Source: an uncultured virus (IMG/VR IMGVR_UViG_3300031994_003577) (Duplodnaviria > Heunggongvirae > Uroviricota > Caudoviricetes). Taken from it: a stretch of 64,000 nt of DNA. The notes below the pieces were generated by a model. It ran no database searches. It saw only the letters and a program-made list of their open reading frames with translations, and had not been told where the DNA came from. Where the stretch lies: positions 1 through 64,000 of IMG/VR virus record IMGVR_UViG_3300031994_003577; one strand, given 5' to 3'. The position numbers and the translations under genes were made by a program. Shown piece after piece: positions 44,931 to 52,694 of the stretch. How positions within the stretch are numbered: the stretch's first letter is position 1; each line of letters opens with the position of its first letter.

Positions 44931-45503
44931 ATGTATAAACATCTGTACGATTGCTTTAAACATTGGTATCATGGTGGCGGAATTTTTTTCTACAGTGATC
45001 CGCATTTCGGTGATGAAGAAATGAAGCAAATTCGCAAGAATTATGTTAGTGATGAAGAGCAAGTTGCGCGCATCCGCAGTTTGATCGGTAAAAACGATAC
45101 GCTTGTAATTCTTGGCGATGTTGGTGATAAGGAATGGCTTAAAAAGCTTCGTGGTTATAAAGTTCTCATTCTCGGTAATCATGATGCGGGCGCCACGACG
45201 TATGAAGGGTACGTTGATGAAATCTATGAGGGCGCGCTGATGATTAGTGATAAACTAATTCTTTCGCACGAACCGATTGATTTTCCTTACGCACTCAATA
45301 TTCATGGTCATTGCCATGCGTTGCCTTGTCAGTATGATGAAAAGCACTTCAATATGTGCGCTGAAGCAATTGATTATTTGCCTATTTCATTAAAAGAAAT
45401 CGTTGAAGCGGGTTGGCTTAAAACGGTTCAATCCATTCATCGTGAAACGATTGACGAAGCAACAGAACGCAAGAAAAAGCGTTTGAAAAAGTTTTCTCAT
45501 TAA
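44931..45503 (+). CDS. Calcineurin-like metallophosphoesterase
   Basis: SDPHFG, LGD, GNHD, SHEP, HGHCH; own promoter at 44870-44898. Confidence 0.88.
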   Translation: MYKHLYDCFKHWYHGGGIFFYSDPHFGDEEMKQIRKNYVSDEEQVARIRSLIGKNDTLVILGDVGDKEWLKKLRGYKVLILGNHDAGATTYEGYVDEIYEGALMISDKLILSHEPIDFPYALNIHGHCHALPCQYDEKHFNMCAEAIDYLPISLKEIVEAGWLKTVQSIHRETIDEATERKKKRLKKFSH

Positions 45504-45574
45504 TGTAGTAGTGAAATCCAAGCCGGTTTATTCATGGGTTTGTCCGCACGTGAAAGCCGTGGCCTCCTTTCTTT

Positions 45575-45664
45575 GACTTTGTGGCAGAGTGGTTGATTGC
45601 GGCGTCCTGCTAAGGCGTTGAGGGTGCAAACCCTCCGGTGGTTCGAATCCACCCGAAGTCGCCA
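45575..45664 (+). tRNA. tRNA-Ser(GCT)
   Basis: GCGTC-CTGCTAA-GGCGT, long variable arm, G73, CCA. Confidence 0.88.
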
Positions 45665-45667
45665 TAT

Positions 45668-45742
45668 GGTCCCTTCGTCTAATGGCAAGGACGCAAGATT
45701 TTCATTCTTGCAATATGGGTTCAACTCCCGTAGGGGCTACCA
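45668..45742 (+). tRNA. tRNA-Glu(TTC)
   Basis: CAAGA-TTTTCAT-TCTTG, CCA. Confidence 0.88.
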
Positions 45743-45779
45743 GCCAATATGGCAAAGTAATGTATAAATGATTTAATTT

Positions 45780-45868
45780 AAGACGCATACAGCAATTTTA
45801 TTTGAAGATGGATACATAATAATTCTGTAAAAATTATTCTTTGGGTTCAATTCCCACAATGCGTCTTG
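45780..45868 (+). ncRNA. CAGCAA-stem RNA carrying a GTA anticodon-like arm and a T-arm
   Basis: AAGACGCAT/ATGCGTCTT stem; AATAATT-CTGTAAA-AATTATT; TGGG-TTCAATT-CCCA. Confidence 0.6.
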
Positions 45869-45874
45869 AAATTT

Positions 45875-46036
45875 GCCGGAATGGCTCAACGGTAGAGCAG
45901 GCGCCTTCTCAAATTAGTGTAATGATCGCACACTGGGACCGATGGTTCGTTCACAGCCTCGGAAGAGTTGGTTTGATTCCAACATTTGGGTCCAGTAAGC
46001 GTCAGGTTGGGGGTCCGATTCCCTCTTCCGGCACCA
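45875..46036 (+). tRNA. tRNA-Thr(TGT) split by an 87-nt insert (exons 45875-45907 and 45995-46036)
   Basis: Removing 45908-45994 gives a 75-nt canonical cloverleaf: GCCGGAA/TTCCGGC acceptor, GGCGC-CTTGTAA-GCGTC anticodon arm, A73-CCA. Confidence 0.85.
45908..45994 (+). ncRNA. tRNA-like element nested inside tRNA-Thr
   Basis: Acceptor CTCAAAT/ATTTGGG, D-arm GTGT/GCAC, T-arm GTTGG-TTTGATT-CCAAC, U73-CCA; enlarged non-canonical anticodon arm. Confidence 0.75.
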
Positions 46037-46037
46037 G

Positions 46038-46515
46038 TTTCATACATTCCATATCGACGGTCGATTGTGTAAGTAAAAAGGAAGTTCGATTCTTCTTCCG
46101 TCTAAGTTCGACTCAAGGACGGGCGCGGTGCAGGGTTTACACAATGTATGAATTACCTGTACGGGCAGTAATCCGTTACCAGTATTACCCCATTGGTAAG
46201 TTGGTAGTTCTTTGGTATAAGATAATAAGCCAAAGCGTGCCGGCGCGAAAGTTCGGTAATCATAGCTAAGATTATATTAATTATGGTGGTAAATTATTAA
46301 TGAATAAGATTACTTGCACACTGCGTATGCTATGAAGCGCAGAACCTAAAGCAGTCCTAAAGAGAAGAGTAATCTTACATTTATTCGTAGAGAGATTTTA
46401 TCGTATCTGCGCGAGGTGTGGAAGGGCCGATTAAAGGCGTTTAGGAGTGGCTGATAGACCAACTTAAAGTGTCGAAGTATTCAGAAGTAGCAACGATTGA
46501 TAATTTCTCTTTGCG
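46038..46515 (+). ncRNA. Candidate structured ncRNA region
   Basis: Multiple long stems (TTCATACATT/AATGTATGAA, AAGATTACT/AGTAATCTT, TCCTAAA/TTTAGGA) and two TTCGA T-loop hairpins. Confidence 0.4.
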
Positions 46516-46528
46516 GAAAGGTGTTATT

Positions 46529-47023
46529 ATGATAAATAATCAAGTTTCTTTAAATGATCTTAAAGGTTCTTGTGGTAAATTTGGTTCAATACAATGTGAT
46601 GGTAGTGGTGCTATCGCTATTTATAATGTATTAAAAATGATGGGTAAGGAGAATGTAGATTTAGATGCGATTATTTCATATCTACAAACTACTCATCGAT
46701 TTATTTTTGGTGGAATGGGTGATTTAAATCCATTTTGTCTGCGCGGCGCGCTTAAAAATTATGGTATCAAATCTAAATATTATGGGACTTTTCGTTCTAT
46801 AAAGCAATTAGCAAATACCAGTCATAAATTTATTGTATATTATTATAAAAATTTTGATACATATTTTCAAGCAGGCCATTTAGTTAAAGATAAGACTGGA
46901 AAAGTTTGGATTGAAATGTTTAATCCATTTCATAGGTATTCTAATCTTGCTCAATTTAAAGAATTTGAGGGCGCGCGCAATATAAAATTATTTATAATAG
47001 AAAAAGACGATAGGACGTCTTAA
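46529..47023 (+). CDS. Hypothetical protein (weak resemblance to a C39/papain-like fold)
   Basis: GGAAAGG RBS; GSGAIAIYNVL helix and MFNP; catalytic residues unclear. Confidence 0.5.
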   Translation: MINNQVSLNDLKGSCGKFGSIQCDGSGAIAIYNVLKMMGKENVDLDAIISYLQTTHRFIFGGMGDLNPFCLRGALKNYGIKSKYYGTFRSIKQLANTSHKFIVYYYKNFDTYFQAGHLVKDKTGKVWIEMFNPFHRYSNLAQFKEFEGARNIKLFIIEKDDRTS

Positions 47024-47050
47024 ATAAAAAAAATGGAGGATAGGAACTCT

Positions 47051-47374
47051 ATGAAAACTAAGTATTGGAATGAATACACAAACGAGGTATTTGATACCGA
47101 AGAAGAAGCTATTGCTTCTGAAAAGAAGTATTTGGAACTTCAGGCAGCACGTAAGAAAGCTGAAGCAGAGCGAGAGGCCGCGCGTAAGAAAAAGGATTCT
47201 GAACGTGCAGAGCGCGCGAAGCAAGTGAACGAAGCTGCGAAAAAGCTTATGGAAGCTAAGAAGAACTACCATAAAGTACTTGCAGATTTTTGCAAAGATT
47301 ATGGTGCTTATCATTGTTCTTCTAATGAACCTGATTTGCTTGAAGCTTTGCTAGATGAATTTGAAATTTTCTAA
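47051..47374 (+). CDS. Hypothetical coiled-coil phage protein
   Basis: FDTEEEAIASE...FCKDYGAYH. Confidence 0.6.
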   Translation: MKTKYWNEYTNEVFDTEEEAIASEKKYLELQAARKKAEAEREAARKKKDSERAERAKQVNEAAKKLMEAKKNYHKVLADFCKDYGAYHCSSNEPDLLEALLDEFEIF

Positions 47375-47384
47375 TTATTATATT

Positions 47385-47413
47385 TTGATTTTTACTTAAA
47401 ATTCTGATATAAT
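47385..47413 (+). promoter_or_regulatory. Promoter (no downstream ORF)
   Basis: TTGATT-N17-TATAAT. Confidence 0.72.
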
Positions 47414-47545
47414 ATATATAGAAAGTGAAAAGAAGATAAGACACAGTCACCTCCTTTCTTTTCAACAAGTTATCTTCATGCTTTCTAACGGCTTAACGGG
47501 ATGCCGACTAAAATCCCGAAATTGGAAATCTCTTAATCATAGATT

Positions 47546-47574
47546 TTGATTTTTTCTTAAATCTTTGATATAAT
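47546..47574 (+). promoter_or_regulatory. Promoter upstream of a long non-coding region
   Basis: TTGATT-N17-TATAAT. Confidence 0.72.
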
Positions 47575-47584
47575 ATATATAGAG

Positions 47585-48170
47585 AGTGAGAGAGAAAGAA
47601 AACATTTATTCCTTTCTATTTCTTTCTCTCTCGGAATCCAGTTCTAATGCAGGCATTAGGCAGATAGGTAATTTGCTAATGCGGGGTCACAACTCCCAAA
47701 TGATGGCGCGCCATCTACGTAAAGTGTACAATTTACGTCAAGTCAGAGTGGAACGATATTCACCAGTAGAAACTGGTTGGTGAGAAAAGATAGCGTCTTT
47801 TTCAATAGGTCCTATAAAAGAACTCAGCCGTTTAGAGGTAGCTTCTCTAAGGAATATACGGGGTATAATAATAGCAGGCGGTTCCCGTGAAAGAATATCG
47901 AAGGCTTTAAAATGAGTTTTTATACTTTTTTTCTCGGCCATTAAGAAAAATAAAAGTGCGCGCGGTGGGCAGCGCGTAATAAACGGAGCCGCCGTTTTCA
48001 ATGAAGTTTGAACGTATCAACTCATTTGACTTTGAGATTGGAAAAGAAAATCTTCCTATCACTTGATGGTAAAGAGTGGTAAAATCTAGTGAAACTTAAA
48101 ACTAGACGTCGCGTTAGGCGGTCTAACGAAGCATGCGCCGTTAGGAGGTCATCGGTTAAAACCTCCCATT
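47585..48170 (+). ncRNA. Candidate large structured ncRNA (~580 nt)
   Basis: Promoter-driven, hairpin-dense, no credible ORF, ends just before tRNA-Ile. Confidence 0.5.
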
Positions 48171-48175
48171 TTCGT

Positions 48176-48252
48176 TGGGAAATAACTCAGTAGGTTAGAG
48201 TTCTGTTCTTATAAAGCAGCGGTCGTGGGTTCGAGTCCCACTTTCCCTACCA
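48176..48252 (+). tRNA. tRNA-Ile(TAT)
   Basis: CTGTT-CTTATAA-AGCAG, A73, CCA. Confidence 0.85.
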
Positions 48253-48328
48253 AAGTCGAAGTTTTGCGGAGTTCGGCGCGACTTTAACCCTAAACCGTGT
48301 GTTTCCTTTCTTTTTGTACTTTAATTTT

Positions 48329-48388
48329 AAGACACACACAGCAAATATGTAATAATTGACTAGCAATTTGTCGTACTAAAGTGTCTTG
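48329..48388 (+). ncRNA. CAGCAA-stem small RNA
   Basis: AAGACAC-ACA-CAGCAA...GTGTCTT-G. Confidence 0.55.
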
Positions 48389-48392
48389 TTAT

Positions 48393-48478
48393 GCTGCTTT
48401 GGGCGAGTGGTTGATGCCAATAGTCCTGAAAACTATAGGGCGGAAGCCCCGCAGGTTCGAATCCTGCAGGCAGTGCCA
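48393..48478 (+). tRNA. tRNA-Ser(TGA)
   Basis: ATAGT-CCTGAAA-ACTAT, long variable arm, G73, CCA. Confidence 0.82.
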
Positions 48479-48556
48479 GTATAAGGGTCGAGGATAGAAA
48501 TGGCGTCTATTGACTATATGTGCGATGTGGGATAGCCGACCCACCGACCCTTACTT

Positions 48557-48641
48557 GCGGTTGTGGCGAAATTAGCAGCCGCGCGAGATTTAGGATCTCG
48601 TGTCGAAAGACGTGCAGGTGCAACTCCTGTCAACCGTACCA
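48557..48641 (+). tRNA. tRNA-Leu(TAG)
   Basis: CGAGA-TTTAGGA-TCTCG, long variable arm, CCA. Confidence 0.85.
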
Positions 48642-48654
48642 TTTATTATTACGT

Positions 48655-48730
48655 GTCTCCGTAGCTCAGTAGGTAGAGCACGGCACTTTTAATGCTGTGG
48701 TCATGCGTTCAAGCCGCATCGGGGACACCA
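48655..48730 (+). tRNA. tRNA-Lys(TTT)
   Basis: CGGCA-CTTTTAA-TGCTG, CCA. Confidence 0.9.
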
Positions 48731-48747
48731 GTGGAGGAGTATTATTT

Positions 48748-48882
48748 ATGACTATTGAAATTCAACGACAAGCAATCCAATCTCGTTATAATCGTCTTGC
48801 AGCCAATGGACGTAATGTTAAGTCCACTGGCGTCCTACGAAAACTTGCGCGGCAAATCCGCAAGTTAAATAAAGTGGATTAA
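48748..48882 (+). CDS. Small basic protein (44 aa)
   Basis: GGAGGAG RBS; MTIEIQRQAIQSRYNRL...RKLARQIRKL; stop overlaps tRNA-Gln. Confidence 0.55.
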   Translation: MTIEIQRQAIQSRYNRLAANGRNVKSTGVLRKLARQIRKLNKVD

Positions 48883-48946
48883 TATAATGGTAGTATAGGA
48901 GACTCTGACTCTCTTTGTGGTGGTTCGAATCCATTATCCACTGCCA
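48873..48946 (+). tRNA. tRNA-Gln(CTG)
   Basis: GGAGA-CTCTGAC-TCTCT, AGTGGAT/ATCCACT acceptor, G73, CCA. Confidence 0.8.
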
Positions 48947-48949
48947 TAT

Positions 48950-49024
48950 TGAGGCGTCATCTAACGGTTAGGATTGCGGACTTTGAATCCGCGCGTGTAG
49001 GTTCGAGTCCTACCGCCTCAGCCA
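48950..49024 (+). tRNA. tRNA-Gln(TTG)
   Basis: GCGGA-CTTTGAA-TCCGC, U1-A72, G73, CCA. Confidence 0.9.
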
Positions 49025-49029
49025 TTAAT

Positions 49030-49329
49030 ATGAAAGAATTTATAGATAAAGTAGAAGATTTTATTACGCGACGTTTTCCCAAAGATTGTAACTGGACACA
49101 AGGAAATTGCTATTGGTTTGCCTTTATTTTAAGTACACAATTCAAATCATTGCAAATTTTTTATGATCCAATTAATGGACATTTTTTAGCGGGCAATTCT
49201 TCTTATGGTGTTTATTTTGATTGGGAATTTACATATATAAATTATAAGGATAAACTGCTTCTTTTTGAAGAATTAAAAAAAGAAGACCCTATATGGGCAG
49301 CGCGCATTGAACGTGATTGCATAAATTAA
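49030..49329 (+). CDS. Hypothetical protein with GNCYWFA...GHF...FD (possible Cys-His-Asp triad)
   Basis: 99-aa ORF. Confidence 0.55.
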   Translation: MKEFIDKVEDFITRRFPKDCNWTQGNCYWFAFILSTQFKSLQIFYDPINGHFLAGNSSYGVYFDWEFTYINYKDKLLLFEELKKEDPIWAARIERDCIN

Positions 49330-49341
49330 AATTTTTGAAAT

Positions 49342-49415
49342 GAGATCCCGACAGCAAATATTTTTATATTTAAAATTTCTGACTTGAATTCTGAAAACTT
49401 AAACAATGGATCTCG
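49342..49415 (+). ncRNA. CAGCAA-stem small RNA with a TGA anticodon-like loop
   Basis: GAGATCC-CGA-CAGCAA...GGATCTC-G; internal TTTCTGA-CTTGAAT-TCTGAAA. Confidence 0.55.
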
Positions 49416-49420
49416 TGATG

Positions 49421-49448
49421 AAGAAACCTTATATGGTTTCTTTTTTTT
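49421..49448 (+). terminator. Intrinsic terminator ending the tRNA island
   Basis: AAGAAACC-TTATAT-GGTTTCTT plus T run. Confidence 0.7.
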
Positions 49449-49597
49449 GTACCATTTTTTTTGAAGCGCGCGCAATTCTAAGTCACTTATAATTAGTAAA
49501 AATTAAATTCCAAGCACTGGTTATTACCTCTTGCTTGTTTATTATATACCAAGGGGTGGTCTATATAGGCTGCCCTTATTTTTTTTGAGGTGATATT

Positions 49598-51328
49598 ATG
49601 GCAGTTAGTTTAGATGAATTAGCCTCTATCGGTGGATATAGTAAAGTTTTAAAAGAAGGAAAAGCTGCTTATTTAAATTTAACTGGGATTTCTTATAAAA
49701 AAGAAGAAAATTTAGATAAAACTTTAAGTCTACTTAAACATTATTGTAATAGAGCTAAATAGACTGAAAAAGATATATTACGTTGTTTTGAAGTAAATAA
49801 CGAAATTGAATTAAAAGCCAAATTTAAAAAATTTTTTGTTGATTCTGGCTTGGCTAGTTTTATTGGTCCAAAATTTTATAATGAAGTTGTATATAAATAT
49901 AAAAATAATTATGAAGCTGGCGAAAGCGAATTTATGGATTATATTGAAAATGATTTTATTGCTGAAGTAGTAGATGGATTAGAAAAGCCCCTTACTGAAC
50001 CACTTTTAACTAATAAAGCATTAGAATTATTATAGAGTACAATAAAAAATAGTGATATAAAAATCACTCAATAGGTTAAAAAAGAGCTTTTTAAGGTAGA
50101 GGGTGATTCTATAGTAATATTATTAGATAATTTTAGTAAAAATAGAAAAAAAGCCTTACAAGAAAAATTTAAAGAAGCAAAAATAGCTGTTACTACAAAT
50201 GGTTCTGAAACTAAAGCAAAAAGTACAATTAAATTAAATTATTTTTCTGCAACTCAAGGAAAAAAGAAATCAGAAATTTCTGATGAAGATCGTGAAAGGT
50301 TAAGAAAAATTTTAAAAGAAGAAATACCAAATTATTTTGGTGAGAAATACGGATATACTTCTTATAAAATATTAGAAGACATGCTTATGCAAAATCCAGA
50401 TGCTTTCTTTGTAGGCAAAAATAGTAATGACATTATAGGCGTTTTGGGAGAATATACCGCCGCAGCCGCGCTAAATGCATTAATACCTACTACATCAATA
50501 GAACAGTGTATTCGTTGGACAGCAAAAGATACGTATAATGGTGGACAAATTTCTTCTGACTTTATAGTTAATTTTAGTAAAGAAGTTAACTTTGGTATCT
50601 AGGTAAAAAATACTACCAAAGATTTTGAAAACGAATTTTCTCATAAAATTTCTTTTATAGATAATGTAGCTATTGAAACAATTTTTAATAGATTAACTTA
50701 GGTAACAGGTATTAATTTTAAAGATTTTATTGATGCTTATTCTTCTTTAATGGTTAGTAAAGATTTTAATGTGCCTTATATTTATTATACCGACAAAGAT
50801 GGAAAGACTATCTATAAATAGAGTTCTTTAAATCCAAACCCTTATAAAACTCATTCAAAAAAAGATGAAGAAAAACAGAAGATAACTTCATTAAAAAACG
50901 CAAGTTTTGGAAATTATTTAACTTTAAGGAAAACCCACCTTAAATTATTAGACCAAATCAATATTTTCTTAGCTTCTTTTGCTCCTTATTTATTGTATAT
51001 GGGAATTGATGCAAGTTTCGAAGGTGGCTTAGCGAATCTTGAAGAAGCTACTGCAAAATTAATCGGTGGCGGTAATAATTTATATTTAGTTGCTGGGGAA
51101 CCTTTTTTTGTAAGTTCCATGTTAGAAAATATAATTAAAGAGTTAGAAGAATACAAAGCAAAAAATGAATATAGTATGAATAGTTTAAATATTAGTACCT
51201 TATTTTTAAGTGAAAATAAAGATCAACCTTTCTCTGGAAATATCGTTGATTATAAAAATAGTAATGCAAAAGAAATTTCGGTAAATGTAAGAATGACTAG
51301 TTCTTATAATTTTAAATATGGATATTAA
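49598..51328 (+). CDS. Hypothetical protein (~576 aa) with a D...GIQVK nuclease-like motif
   Basis: GAGGTG RBS; three track ORFs share its frame, separated by TAGs. Confidence 0.7.
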
Positions 51329-51395
51329 AAATTTGAAATCTAATTCCATTTATGTTATAATAATAATAGAAAAATAAAAGGAGATAAAATAATAA

Positions 51396-51638
51396 ATGTC
51401 AAAAAATGACCTATACTATGATGGCCCGACTTAGGTAAAATACTTCAAAAATGGTGCATATTATGGCGCGATTGCTTATCACGATTTTCTAATTAACGGC
51501 GAAGATGGAAATATAATTCCTATTGATAAAATCTTAAAGAGCGCCGCGCGCAATGAAATGAGTGCTGATCTAGCTATTGTAGAATTTGATTGGGTAAGTT
51601 TAAACGATATTATTCTTTACGGTAAAGCAAGTGATTAA
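51396..51638 (+). CDS. Hypothetical protein, paralogue of 59917-60153
   Basis: PT(TAG)VKY...AIAY...W.SL.D.I aligns with PTQVSY...GIAY...WLDLEDAI. Confidence 0.65.
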
Positions 51639-51810
51639 AGTAGTCCGATGTGAACATTGCAATACTAATATCAAATTTGATACAGAATTAGTAAAGTTAT
51701 TTGAATTTGAAAATAATGTTGTTACTGGATTAATTATTTGTCCAGCTTGTAAAAAATTAGTTCCTGTTTCAAAAGTTGATAGAAATAAGACTGACGAAGA
51801 GTAGAGTTAA
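51631..51810 (+). CDS. Zn-ribbon small protein
   Basis: GTG start, CEHC...CPAC. Confidence 0.45.
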
Positions 51811-51890
51811 AATCTCTACTCTTTTTAATTTGCAAAATTTTAAAAATTATGATATAATATTTATAGAGAATGAAAGTAGGAGTGATATAT

Positions 51891-52694
51891 ATGTTAAAAG
51901 AGAAAACAGTCAAGAGTATGCTGGAACATTTTGCTGAAGCGCGCCAATATTTTGAAAGCAATCAAATTGTTGGTTTGTTTCTTTAGGGTTCACAGAACTA
52001 TGGTCTTGACAATGAAAATTCTGATGTAGATACTAAACTTATTGTTGTTCCTTCTTTCAGAGACATCGCGCTTAATCGTAAGCCAGTAAGCACTACTCAC
52101 GTGCGCGCAAATAACGAGCATATTGACTGGAAAGATGTTCGGTTGTACATGGAGACTTTTAGAAAGCAGAATCTGAACTTTCTCGAAATCTTATTTACTG
52201 ATTATTGTATCGTAAATCCTCTTTATAAAGCGCAGTGGTCGCGTTTAGTTGAAGCGCGCGAGCAAATTGCTCGTATGAATGAATGGCGCGCGGTTAAGTC
52301 TATGAAAGGTGTAGCGATGGAAAAGTATCATGCGATGGAGCATGAGTATCCAAGTAAAGTAGAAGTACTTGCTAAGTTTGGATACGATCCGAAGCAGCTT
52401 CATCATTTACTTAGAGTAGAAGAGTATTTGGAGCGCTATATTAATGGCGAACCTTATAAAGATTGTTTAAAGCCACGAGATCCTGGATATCTATTAGATA
52501 TTAAAATTGGTGTTATGGGACTCGAAGAAGCGCGAAGAGTTGCTGATGCTTCAATGGAGCATGTAATCAAACTCGCCGATGACTTTTGTGCAATAAGAAC
52601 TGATGACGAAAATATGGAAGGGCGCGCTTTACTTGAAAGTGTGCAATATGAAATCATGAAAATTGCTGTGAAAATGGAGTTAAACAATGACTAA
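51891..52694 (+). CDS. Pol-beta superfamily nucleotidyltransferase
   Basis: GLFL(TAG)GSQNYGLD..NSDVD, KQNLNFLEILF, YDPKQLHHLLR. Confidence 0.85.

Noticed and set aside
45908..45994. Group I intron or functional decoding tRNA as the identity of the Thr insert
   Set aside because: Far too short for group I, and no canonical 7-nt anticodon loop can be assigned.
44036..46269. Track ORFs 44036-44287, 44055-44243, 44381-44788, 44391-44582, 44674-44913, 45500-45724, 45841-46269
   Set aside because: They overlap tRNAs or structured RNA and stay open only because of higher GC.
43650..48170. tmRNA, RNase P RNA or rRNA fragment
   Set aside because: I found no tmRNA termini or RNase P GAGGAAAGUCC signature; the 16S-like match is only 13 nt.
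48253..48300. HDV-like theta ribozyme after tRNA-Ile, or after the suppressor tRNA
   Set aside because: Crossing helices exist but there is no room for P3/L3 and no G at the start; the suppressor tRNA has an encoded CCA and only a 4-nt spacer.
48557..48641. Anticodon TAG taken as a second suppressor
   Set aside because: Anticodon TAG reads CTA (Leu), and the body is a normal class II Leu tRNA.
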